Shown here: in pieces, positions 38,531-50,095 of the stretch
Numbering within the stretch: the first letter of the stretch is position 1
Layout: every line of letters starts with the position of its first letter
NCBI RefSeq assembly: GCF_902713615.1
Contig: NW_024055498.1
Location: 124,001-188,000, forward strand
Length of the DNA stretch: 64,000 nt
Reading direction: 5' to 3'
Origin: Scyliorhinus canicula
Taxonomy: Eukaryota
Notes under the pieces: model-generated
What the model was told of the DNA's origin: nothing
The model's database searches: none
The model's input: the letters and a program-made list of their open reading frames with translations, nothing else
Position numbers and translations under genes: made by a program

Positions 38531-39657
38531 TATGACTGAAAACTGTAAATTCTATGACAGAGAAAAAGACAACCAAGGAGGGAGAGAAAGAGAGGTCACG
38601 ACAAGCACATGAGAGAGACAGACAGTAGAGAGACTGACGGAGAATCAATCCTATATCAAACAGGAGGATTGAAATGATACCTTGTTGTACAGGAGAGATT
38701 GACGCCTCTTCTTCAGTGAGTCTGGATTTTTATTTGAAACATTCCCATGAATCTGTGCTGCACCTTCCAAGGCCAATATATATTCTTCCTGTGTTGTGAT
38801 GCCTTGGACTGAGCACAGCCTCCAGTTGGGTGGAACCAGATCTCTGTATCACTGAAACACAAGGTCAACCTATTTGTAAACTAGTTCCCTCCAGGTGAAG
38901 GCCAACAATCCATTGTCTTGTAACATTATTTTTCTATCTGTCGAGCAGATTTGGATGCTTAAATTTTTCTGCTTATCCATTCCTTGCTCCCACCATTCAG
39001 ATTGGAATTCCATCCACTAAAGTTTGGTCCAATCCCTTAACCTGTCACAATGCCGCTTTGTAACTTTCTCCCAACTTCTGATCCCATCTTTCTTTTTTTA
39101 AATTTAGAGTACCCAATTCTTTTTGTCCAATTAAGGGGAAATTTAGGGTGGCCAATCCACCTGCCCTGCACATCTTTGGGTGGTGGGGGTGAGACCCACG
39201 CAGACACGGGGAGAATGTGCAAACTCCACATGGACAGTGACCCGGGACCGAACCCGGGTCCTCACTGCCGTACGCAGCAGTGCTAACACTGCGCCACTGT
39301 GCTGTCCCTTCTTATCCCATCTACAATACTGATTTTTATGCCCTCGTAGCGTGATCAGCAAACTTAGAAATATGATCTTTAGTCTTTCACCCAGGGGCAG
39401 CATGGTGGTGCAGTGGTTAGCACTGCTGCCTCATGGCACCAAGGACCTGGGTTCAGTCACGGCCCCGGGTCACTGTCTGTGTAAAGCTTGCCCATTCTTC
39501 CCGTGTCTGCGTGGGCCTCACCCCCATAACCCAAAAGGATGTGCAAGGTAGATTATTTGGATATGCTAAAGTGCCTCTTAATTGGAAGAAAAATAATTGG
39601 GTATTCTAAATTTATATTAAAAATAGTCTTTTACCCAACTTGTTCATAAATGTAGTG

Positions 39658-41085
39658 AGTGTCTGAGACCCCAGTACAGATTCCCTGGCTGAAGGCTGGG
39701 GTGAGGGTGTCTGAGACCCCAGTCCAGATCCCTGGCTGAAGGCTGGGGTGAGGGTGTCTGAGACCCCAGTACAGATCCCTGGCTGAAGGCTGGGGTGAGG
39801 GTGTCTGAGATCCCAGTACAGATCCCTGGCTGAAGGCTGGGGTGAGGGTGTCTGAGACCCCAGTACAGATCCCTGGCTGAAGGCTGGGGTGAGGGTGTCT
39901 GAGACCCCAGTACAGATCCCTGGCTGAAGGCTGGGTTGAGGGTGTCTGAGACCCCAGTACAGATCCCTGGCTGAAGGCTGGGGTGAGGGTGTCTGAGACC
40001 CCAGTACAGATCCCTGGCTGGGGTGAGGGTGTCTGAGACCCCAGTACAGGTCCCTGGCTGGGGTGAGGGTGTCTGAGACCCCAGTACAGATCCCTGGCTG
40101 AAGGCTGGGGTGAGGGTGTCTCAGACCCCAGTACAGATCCCTGGCTGGGGTGAGGGTGTCTGAGACCCCAGTCCAGATCCCTGGCTGAAGGCTGGGATAA
40201 GGGTGTTTGAGACCCAGTACAGATCCCTGGCTGAAGGCCGGGTTGAGGGTGTCTGAGACCCCAGTACAGATCCCTGGCTGGGGTGAGGGTGTCTGAGACC
40301 CCAGTACAGATCCCTGGCTGAAGGCTGGGGTGAGGGTGTCTGAGACCCCAGTACAGATCCCTGGCTGAAGGCTGGGGTGAGGGTGTCTGAGACCCCAGTC
40401 CAGATCCCTGGCTGAAGGCTGGGGTGAGGGTGTCTGAGACCCCAGTACAGGTCCCTGGCTGAAGGCTGGGGTGAGGGTGTCTGAGACCCCAGTATAGATC
40501 CCTGGCTGAAGGCTGGGGTGAGGGTGTCTGAGACCCCAGTCCAGATCCCTGGCTGAAGGCTGGGGTGAGGGTGTCTGAGACCCCAGTACAGATCCCCGGC
40601 TGAAGGCTGGGGTGAGGGTGCCTGAGACCCCAGTACAGATCCCTGGCTGAAGGCTGGGGTGAGGGTGTCTGAGACCCCAGTCCAGATCCCTGGCTGAAGG
40701 CTGGGGTGAGGGTGTCTGAGACCCCAGTACAGATCCCTGGCTGAAGGCTGGGGTGAGGGTGTCTGAGACCCCAGTACAGATCCCCGGCTGAAGGCTGGGG
40801 TGAGGGTGCCTGAGACCCCAGTACAGATCCCTGGCTGAAGGCTGGGGTGAGGGTGTCTGAGACCCCAGTCCAGATCCCTGGCTGAAGGCTGGGGTGAGGG
40901 TGTCTGAGACCCCAGTACAGATCCCTGGCTGAAGGCTGGGGTGAGGGTGTCTGAGACCCCAGTACAGATCCCTGGCTGAAGGCTGGGGTGAGGGTGTCTG
41001 AGACCCCAGTACAGATCCCTGGCTGAAGGCTGGTGTGAGGGTGTCTGAGACCCCAGTACAGATCCCTGGCTGAAGGCCGGGATGA
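39658..41085. repeat. 47-bp minisatellite (GGGGTGAGGGTGTCTGAGACCCCAGTACAGATCCCTGGCTGAAGGCT), ~30 copies with 40-bp variants
   Basis: Period 47 (e.g. GAGACCCC at 39713 and 39760). Some units lack AAGGCTG. Confidence 0.97.
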
Positions 41086-41184
41086 GGAGGCTCCGTTAGT
41101 CACATTCTGCTCTCCATTGGTTCCCATTTTCCCTGCTCACTGTCTCCTTGCTCCTGGTTAGTTAGGGCTGAACTTCACTGACAG

Positions 41185-42408
41185 ATGATGGATGTCACTG
41201 GGCCATTGGAGAGTCTCGATCACCAGACCAGCTTCGTTAATACCCTCTCTGCCCTGTTCAACAAGGAGGATTTCAGCGACATCAAACTGATTGTGAACAA
41301 AAAGCTCACACTGAACGCCCACAAGTTCATCCTGGTCGTGCGCAGCGATGTCTTCAGGACCCTGTTGGACACTGAGTGTTGGACGGATGCTAAAGACCAG
41401 ACTGTCCACCTCACTGAGGAAGAGGACTGCCTGGATCACTTCCAGGATTTCCTGAGGTATCTCTACAGCGGGAGTGTCACCCTCAGCATTGTGAATGTGC
41501 TTCCTCTTCACCTTCTGTCAGAAAAGTACAACGTCCAGGAGCTGAGAGAATGTTGCCAGCAGTTCATGTTGGCCAATGTGGCTGCCCTGGGCTCCTCCAA
41601 CCGCGCCATCACATGGCAGAGATATGCCAAGCTGACTGGCCTGACCCAACTGGAAGAGAAATGCCTCCGGTTTATAGCCTGGAACATTGGCAGCATCATA
41701 AAGTCCCCAGACTGGACATCGATGGAACCCCACCAACTCTCTTCTTTCCTCCAAAGATCTGACCTGGTTGTGGAAGATGAAGTGGTCCTTTTCCAAGCCC
41801 TGGTGAGTTGGCTGTCCCTTCATCCTGCCCATACTGAGGAAATGCTGCAGCACATTCGCTACCCTATGATGCCCCCAGAGAAACTGTATGATCTCCAAGC
41901 CAGAGGAAGCCTGCCCGAGGCAATCTCTACCTATCTGCACCGGGAGAGCTTGCTGGTCTACCAAGTGCACCTTTTACCTACGGATGCCATCAGCCAACAC
42001 CATGATATTACCACCATCCCATTTACCATGAGGCTGTACACATCAGAAAGTTTCAGCCACGCCTGGGACATCAAAGGATATGACAATATGGGTAAAACAT
42101 CTATTCCGGCATCATTATCGAGCAGCAATTTCAAACTGAAGACTCAGTGGTATGTTACCTTTTCCCCAAAAGGTCAAAGGACCTTAATCAAGTGGCTAAA
42201 TGTCAATCGGATGCGTTGTGATAATGTTTGGCAGGACGATGACTTTTCCACTCTCTCTGCCTCGGTGAGCAATTGTGACCCAGCTGGTAAGACACATTCT
42301 CACAAGCTGAGCATTCTGCTTTACCGATGTGTCAATGGCGTGTGGTTTGTGAATGACATGAAGAGCCTGGAGGTTCCGCACTCCGGGAACCCCAGATCAA
42401 GGATCTGA
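41185..42408 (+). CDS. BTB/POZ-BACK protein (BTBD17/LGALS3BP-like) with MATH/TRAF-like C-terminus; single coding exon, C-terminal frameshift likely
   Basis: FSDIKL..LNAHKFIL..RSDVF..FLRYLYSG..LSEKYNVQEL (BTB); CLRFIAWN...LQRSDLVVEDEVVLFQAL..W...HIRYPMM (BACK). Acceptor-like CAG directly before the ATG; AATAAA at ~42913. Confidence 0.85.
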   Translation: MMDVTGPLESLDHQTSFVNTLSALFNKEDFSDIKLIVNKKLTLNAHKFILVVRSDVFRTLLDTECWTDAKDQTVHLTEEEDCLDHFQDFLRYLYSGSVTLSIVNVLPLHLLSEKYNVQELRECCQQFMLANVAALGSSNRAITWQRYAKLTGLTQLEEKCLRFIAWNIGSIIKSPDWTSMEPHQLSSFLQRSDLVVEDEVVLFQALVSWLSLHPAHTEEMLQHIRYPMMPPEKLYDLQARGSLPEAISTYLHRESLLVYQVHLLPTDAISQHHDITTIPFTMRLYTSESFSHAWDIKGYDNMGKTSIPASLSSSNFKLKTQWYVTFSPKGQRTLIKWLNVNRMRCDNVWQDDDFSTLSASVSNCDPAGKTHSHKLSILLYRCVNGVWFVNDMKSLEVPHSGNPRSRI

Positions 42409-43759
42409 TCCCCTTGTCGGAGCGGGAGTAATACATCAGCAATGACACAATGAAGCTGCATCTTATTGGACAAACCATCTGGGAGAAATGTCAGTAGATC
42501 CAGGCAAGATTGAATTGATGTCTTTCGGTCATGAAGGGTTTTGATGGAGTGGATGGGGAGAAATTTCCAACCAGCCAGAACCAGAGGATGTACAGATTTC
42601 AGATCATCTGCAAAGGAGCAAGAGGCCAGATGAGGAGGTGTTTATTTCAGGCAGAAGTTTTGATCTGGTTGGTGTGCACTGCCTGACTGGGTCACTACTT
42701 TCAATAATTACTTTCAAAAAGCAATTGGACACATACTCACAGTGGCAAAATTAGAGGTGTAGGAAAAGTGCCCTGGAGTGGGATGAACTGGAGAACTATT
42801 TCAAGGAGACAACACAGATATGATGGGTCAAATGGTCTTGTTTTGTGTTAAATGATTCTACAAATCTCTCATCTCTCCACATAACTGAACCCTTGTCTCC
42901 TGGTACTTTTCAAATAAAACTAATATCTCCAATTGTGCACAAACCCATTATTGTTTACTAATTATTTTCACAATTTATTTTTCAGCATTTTAAAACTTAA
43001 TTCTAACTGTAATTGCAGATCATTAAAAAAATAATTCTGACATTATTAAATGACACATATTTAGTTTACCAGGCCCTGTCTTTGTTATTACTACTGAAGA
43101 CCATGTTTCCATTTATATTACACAGGGCTCCGTCTTAGTTATTATGATACTAGACTCTGCATTGTTTTATATTACAATTTCTCAGGTTAATACTTCAATA
43201 GAACACATCTAGACCGGATGGACTACACCCCAGGGTTCTGAAAGAGATAGCTGAGGAGATTGTCAAGGCATTGGTGGTGATCTTTCAGGAATCACTGGAG
43301 GCAGGGAGGGTCCCAGAGGACTGGAAAATGGCTAATGTAACACCGCTGTTTAAGAAGGGAGAGAGGCAGAAGACTGTCTATGTGACGTTTAGATATTCTC
43401 CCCGTGTCTGCATGGGTTTTCTCCTGGTGCTCCGGTTTCCTCCCATAGTCCAAAGATGTGCAGGTTTGGTGGATTGGCCATGCTAAATTGCCCTTAAGTG
43501 TCCAAAATATTAGGTGGGGTTACGGGGATTGGGCAGGAGAGTGGGCCTAGGTAGGGCTCTTCCCAAGTGTCAGCGCAGACTCAATGGGCCGAATGGCCTC
43601 CTGCACTGTAGAGATTCTATGATTCAATTACTTGACCATTACACATAAACTAAAACTAATTATTAAACATGGCTTTGCCGACAGCTCCACAGTCCAGTCT
43701 GTAACAAGCTGACATGGTCATACTCAGTGAATCACACCTTATTGCCGATGTCTCGTTCA

Positions 43760-44600
43760 CACAAGGAGCAGGTACAGACCACTCGGCCCCTCGAGTCAGC
43801 TCTGCCATTTAATCAGATTGTGGCTGATCTCATAATAACCTCAAACCTGCATCCTGCCTACCCCCCCAACCACCACCACCCCCGGTAACCTATCACCACC
43901 TTACTGACCAAGAATTCAAAAATCTGCCTTAGAAATATTCGAAGACTCGGCTTCCACAGCCCTTTGAGGAAGAGACGCACGATTCTTGGAGAGAGAAAAA
44001 AATCTCATCTCTGTTTAAAATGAGCGACAGGTTGTTTAAACTGTGACCCCCCTAGTTCTGGATTCTCCAACAACAGGACATACCCTCTCCACATCCACCC
44101 TGTCAATATCCCTCAGGATCTTATATGTTTCAATCAAGTTGCCTCTTACTCTTCTAAACTGCAGCAGATAAAATCCTAATCTGTCCAACCTTTCCTGAGA
44201 CTATAACCCACCCAGTCCTAGTATTAGTCTGGTAAACCTTCTCTGAACTGCCTCCAACACATTTACATCCTTAAATAAGGAGACCAATACTATACTCAGT
44301 ATTGGAGACGTGGTTTCACAAGGAGGCCGATACTGTACTCAGTATGCGAGATGTGGTCTCACAAGGAGATCAATACTGTACTCAGTATTCGAGATGTGGT
44401 CTCACAAGGAGGCCGATACTGTACTCAGTATTCGAGATGTGGTTTCACAAGGAGACCAATACTGTACTCCGTTTTCGAGATGTGGTTTCACTCGTGCTCT
44501 GAATAACTGAAGCACAACCTTCCTATTTATGTAATCAATTTTCCCCTCACAATAAAGGGCAACATTCTGTTAGCTTTCCCAATTACCTGCTGTATCTGCT
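43760..44600 (-). mobile_element. CR1 3' fragment
   Basis: QIQQVIGKANRMLPFIVRG and CR1 3' UTR; contains a 43-bp tandem array. Confidence 0.8.
44278..44492. repeat. 43-bp tandem repeat, 5 units, derived from CR1 coding sequence
   Basis: Unit starts at 44278, 44321, 44364, 44407 and 44450. Minus strand spells VRPHLEY*VQYWSP. Confidence 0.92.
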
Positions 44601-45545
44601 TATCTATATCAACGATTTGGATGAGAATGTACAAGGCATGATCAGTAAGTTTGCAGATGACACTAAAATAGGTGGTATTGTAGACAGTGAGGAAGGTTAT
44701 TAGAAATTTCCGCAGGATCTTGATCAGCTGGGGAAGTGGGCCGAGAAATGGCAAATGGTGTTCAATACAGATAAGTGTGAGGTGTTGCATTTCAGAAAGT
44801 CAAATGAAGATAGGACTTTCACAGTGAATGGTAGGGCCTTAGGGAGTATCATGGAACAGAGGGACCTTGGCGTTCAGGTGCACGGTTCTTTAAAGGTGGA
44901 GTCACAGGTAGATAGGGCAATGAAGAAGGCTTTTGGCATGCTGGCCTTCATCAGTCAGGGCATTGAATCCAGAAGTTGGGAAGTTATGTTGCAATTGTAC
45001 AGGACGTTGGTGAGATCGCACCTGGAGTATTGTGTTCAGTTTTAGTCGCCTTGCTATAGGAAAGATGTTATTAAACTGGAGAGAGTGCAGAAGGGATTTA
45101 CAAGGATGTTGTCAGGACTCAAGGGACTGAGTTACAGGGAGAGAGGGACAGGCCAGGACCTTTTTCTTTGGAGTATAGGAGACTGAGCGATGATCTAATC
45201 GAGGTATACAAGATCATGAGAGGCATGGATAAGGTGAATACACTCAGCCTTTTCTCAGGGTTGGGGAATTGAGAACTAGAGGGCACAGGTTTAAGTTAAG
45301 AGGGGAAAGAATTAATGGGAATCTGAGGAGCAACTTTTTTATCCAGAGTGGTACGTATGTGGAATGAGCTACCGGAGAAAGTGGTTGAGGCAGGGACATT
45401 GACAACATTGAAAAGGCATATACGTGGATCGGGAAGATTAAGAGAGATATGGGCCAAATGCAGGCAAAGGGGTGAGCTTAGATGGGCTTGCATGGACCAG
45501 TTTGGGCCGAAGGGCCTGTCTCCGTGCCACAGATTCTATGATACC
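44600..45545 (+). mobile_element. CR1 RT C-terminus and 3' UTR
   Basis: SKFADDTK, FNTDKCEVLHF and LYRTLVRSHLEYCVQF. Confidence 0.9.
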
Positions 45546-47380
45546 CAGATTCCTCTGCAACTCAAGAGCTCTGCACTCTCTCACCATTTAGATAATGTGC
45601 TTCTCTTTTATTCTTCATGTCAAAATGTCCTGTCCCACCAGCAGGTCAGACCAGAGTAGAGATAGCAGCACGGAAGTATACAGTGTGAGAGATGGTCCTG
45701 GGTGTCCTCAACATTGATGCTGAGCCCCATGAAATCTCATGGTGTCGGGTCAAACATGGGCAAGGCAATCTCATGCTGATTACTGCCCTCCTTCAGCCAC
45801 CGAATCAATACTCCTCCATGTTGAACATTACTTGGAATAAGCACTGAGGGGGTGGGCATTCAAGGTACTGTGGGTGGGGGAATGCCCATCACCAAGACTC
45901 GCTTGGTACCACCACTGAGCTGTCTGTGTCCTGAAGGAGGTCTCGCTGCTGGACTGGGCGTGCGGCAGGTAGTGAGGGAACCAAGCAGGATAAATACACT
46001 TGACCTCATCCTCACCAACTTACCGGTCACAGATTCATCTGTCCATGATTATATTGGGACCACTGCGCGGTCTGTGTCTATTTTCAGGTCAGCAAACTGT
46101 AACTATTGGAGTGTTGCAGGGATCAGTGCCGGGGCCAAAACTATTTCCTACCGATATCAATGATGTGGATGAAGGAACCAACTGTTTCTGCCAAACTTGT
46201 TGTTGATACAGAGATCGGTAGGAGGGCAAGTTGGTTAAGGAGGATACAAAGAGTCTGAAAAGGGTCAGATATGTTCAAGTGAGTGGACATTAACTTTAGC
46301 AGATGGAGTAAATGTGGGAAAATGTGAGGATGTCCATTTGGCAGCAAGAATAGAAAAAACAGAACATTATTTAAATGGAGAGAGAGTGCATAATGATGCT
46401 GGACGGAGTGGACTGGGTGTCCCAAAATAATCCCAGAAAGGTAACATGCAGGAACGGCGAGTAATTAGGAAGCCTTTTCTGTCAGGGGGCTGGAATATAA
46501 AATATAGCCTCCATAGTCCTGCCTATCACTGTGCTAAATGGGATAGATTCAGGACAGATCTAAATGAAACTGGGCATTCATGAGGTGCTGTGAGCCATCA
46601 GCAGCACAATATTCAAACACAATCTGTAAACTCATGGGCCAGCACATTCCTCACTCTACCATTGCCATCAAGCCAAGAGTGGAGGAGAACATGTCAGGAG
46701 CAGCACCAGGTTTCCCTAAAACACATTCCAATCTGGTGACCCTATAACAGGAGACTATAAGCTTGCTAAACAGCGGAAGCAGCATGCTCTAGGCAGGGCT
46801 AAGCGATCTCACACACAGCGGTTCAGATCAAAGCTGCTGTCCTGCTACATCTATACGGTGGTGAACAATTAAACAAATCACAGTAGGAGGAGGTCCCACA
46901 AACATCACCATCCTCAGTGATTGGGGAGACAAGTACATCAGTACAAATGACTGGGTTTGTGTTTAGTGATCCTGGGTTTGTTACCAATACCTCCCCTGGA
47001 TGACAAAGCTAAGACAGACACACTGCAAGCGATGGGGAGCTGGGATATGGCTGTGAGAGTAACTGACGGTGTGAGAACTGAAATAGTCTGGAGTTAGAAA
47101 GGAGGAAAGGCCACAAAAATGCAGCAGTCAAGTAACAGAACATCAATTCATCTCCTCTTATCCTGGAGAAATGAAGGTCTCGATTGTGTGTCTGAAACAG
47201 TATTAGCTCATTTGACATTGATCCAGAGGAATAAACTCCAGCCCAGTTATTGGGATTATTAACATCAGCAAAAACAAACTCCAACTGTCAGAATGAACAT
47301 GGTTCAGTCCTGGATGTGATTAACAGCAGCAATAACAGCAGAATCCAAACCCTGCAGACATTTATCAACCTGTTGCTGTG

Positions 47381-48262
47381 TCAGATGAACTTCTCATCCT
47401 CAAAGAAGGTGAACGGTCTCACCCCGGTGTGAGTGTGCTGGTGTGTCAGCAGGTGGGATGAGCGAGTGAATCCCTTCCCACAGTCCGAGCAGGTGAATGG
47501 CCTCTCCCCAGTGTGAACTCGCTGGTGTCTCAGCAGAACACTTGTGGTTTTAAAGCTCTTCTCACATTCAGAACATTTGAAAGGTTTCTTATCCGAGTGA
47601 ACAAGTTTATGTGATCTGAGGCTGGTTAAATAAATGAATCCTTTTCCACATAAGGAGCAGGTGAATGACCTCTCCCCAGTGCTAACCCGCTGGTGTTTCT
47701 GGAGGCCAGATAACTGAGTAAATCCCTTCCCACATACTGTACATCTGAACGGCCTCTCCTCATTGTGAACGCGCTGGTGTATCAGCAGATCACTTGTGGT
47801 TTTATAACCGTTCTCACATTCAGTACATTTGAAAGCTCTGTTATCACTGTGAACCAGTCTGTGAGTAGCGAGGTGGGATGATTGTGTGAATCCTTTCCCA
47901 CACACAGAGCAGGTAAATGGTCTCTCCCCAGTGTGAGTGCGTTCGTGTTCAATGAGATTCTGTGATCGTTTGAATAGCTTCCCACAGTGAGAGCAGCTGA
48001 ACTGTCTCTCAGTGCGAACAACCTGGTGCTTGACCAGGTCCTCGGAGCTTTTAGAGTTGTTATCACAGTCTCACTGGTTAAACAGCTTCTCATCAATGTG
48101 AACTTGCTGGTGGGTCAGCAGGTGGGATGACTGAATGAATCCCTTCTCACACATGGAGCAGGTGAACGGCGTCTCTCCAGTGTGACTGCGTCGATGTATT
48201 TCCAGCAGGGATGGGTAATTGAATCCCTTCCCACAGTCCCCACATTTCCACGGTTTCTCCAT
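47381..48262 (-). pseudogene. C2H2 ZNF (MEKPWKC-type), ~10 finger positions in one frame with one TGA at 48071-48073
   Basis: ORFs 48071-48262 and 47381-47905 share a frame and the sequence between them is open. The third finger is degenerate. Confidence 0.8.
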
Positions 48263-49549
48263 GGTGTCGGTGTTGTTGTGTCTGTCCAGTTTGGATGGTC
48301 AGTGGAAGCCTCGTCCACACACACAACACGTGTTTCTCCTGGCAGTGAATGGGGTGATGTTTTTTCAGGCTGTGTAACTGGTTAAAGCTCTTTCCACAGT
48401 CAGTTCACTGAAACTCTCACTCAGGTGTGTGTGTCTCGGTGCTTTTCCTGTCACACTGACATTTGAAATCTTTCCCCACAGACAGAACAGACAAACATTT
48501 CTCCTTCCACATTCAAAGACGGATGGTATTCAGGTCCTCATGAATTGAGTAACTCTGTCAGATCTCGATGTGATGTTTGGTTTGAGTTTCCCATCAGCTA
48601 ATCATCATCCTCTTGTACTTTGTAAAAGACATCGACAGTGTCAGTATTACCATTTGTACAGGATAGAAATTTAGAACCGTCAATTACAGTTTCTATGATT
48701 TTTTCTCTCTCTTGTTTCCCCAAACTTATGGTCCAATCAAACTTCCTTCTCAACTAAACCAGAATGTTGTTTCCAGTGTCTATGAGGCATTCTATACCCT
48801 GAGGTGTCCACCGGTGTGGAAGGTTTCAAGTGTTCCGGAAGACATCGCACGCCCCCTCTCCAGGACCACCCGGGGAATGACAAGACCACAGAAGAGGTGC
48901 CGACAGCCAGAGTTACCCCCTGCCGCTCTGTAAATTGCTCTTTTAATCAGGCCCGGGAGCAGATCCTCTGACTTATTCAGTCCCTCCACACTGGGCAGGC
49001 ACTGATTCGGAGTGTGGGGTTGAAATGTAAACCAAATGGAGAAGCAGTTCCTTCCGGTAACTATACAGGGGCTATATAGCTGATTTAGCTCAGTGGGCTA
49101 GATAGCTGGTTTGTGATGCAGAATAAGGCCAACGGCATGGGTTCAATTCTCGTACCAGCTTACCCAAACAAACGCCGGAATGTGGCGCTAGGGGCTTTTC
49201 ACAGAAACTTCATACTTGTGACAATAAAAGGTTATTATTATTAGGGGCTAACCTTTCACTGAAAATAATTATAAGGCTCAAATTGGGAAGCATTGCTGTC
49301 TCACCCGGCCTCGGGTCACTGTCCGTGTGAAGTTGACACATATTCCCCGTGTCTCTGTGAGTCTCCCCCCACAACCCAAAAGGGGAGCTGAATTGGCCAC
49401 GCTATATTGCTCTTTAATTGGAATAAAACTGGATGCTCTAAATTCATTTTTTTTAAATAAAATTATATGACCCAAATACCCCTCTAGGCCGCGAGCATCA
49501 TGCCCAACCCGAAAGTGGGGAATATGTTTTAAAACGTGCTGTCCTGGAT

Positions 49550-49985
49550 TGTTTCTCACCGGACACGAGGACCCGGTGAGAACAGAAACCTGAAGCTCCG
49601 CCTACTCTCTGCTGCGTCATAAGGCCACAGCGCATGCGCTCCGCGCTGAACCAAAATAGTGACCGTCAGGCATAAGCTGTGTCTGGGGAAAAAAGATCCG
49701 CGGAGCTGGAAACGCGGGACCTGCAGTCTCATTCGGGGTTTGAGGCCCTCACCAGGTGTTTAGAAACCCTCCCTATCCAGATCCGGCCCCATCGATCCCT
49801 CAGAGATTCCGCATCCTTCCCGCTGCACAGACGACAAAAGAGCGACTCTCCCCATCGCCATAACTTACACTGCGCATGCTCCCATAGTGGGCGATGCTGC
49901 GCCTGTGCAGTACTGTACCTTGCTCTGGTGTGAATAGGGGACATTCACAAGCGCAGGAATGCTGGGTAACGAAATCGCCATTGAA
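49550..49985 (-). promoter_or_regulatory. Promoter / first-exon cassette type A between divergent ZNFs at 48262(-) and 50890(+)
   Basis: GCGCATGCGC at ~49630, TGCGCATGC at ~49871, and the reverse complement of TTACCCAGCATTCCTGCGC at ~49951-49969. Confidence 0.65.
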
Positions 49986-49993
49986 AATACTAA

Positions 49994-50095
49994 AATGAAG
50001 TGAAAATGCTGGAAAATCTCAGCAAGTTTGGCAGCATCTGTAGAGAGAAAAAAGAGCTCACGTTTCGAGTCCAGATGACCCTTTGTCAAAGCTGG
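49994..50095 (-). mobile_element. Short Penelope family-2 3'-end fragment with variant hammerhead
   Basis: Minus strand: AGCU-UUGACAA-A-GGGUC(AUCUG)GACUC-GAA-ACGU-G-AGCU. Candidate TSD AAATACTAA at 49985-49993 and 50096-50104. Confidence 0.65.

Noticed and set aside
39658-41085. Possible CRISPR-like arrays (also 44278, 52621, 56265)
   Set aside because: Units are contiguous with no unique spacers, there are no cas genes, and the context is vertebrate.
39631-41127. 498-aa minus-strand repetitive ORF
   Set aside because: It is the translation of the 47-bp VNTR cycling through three frames; no domain is recognisable.
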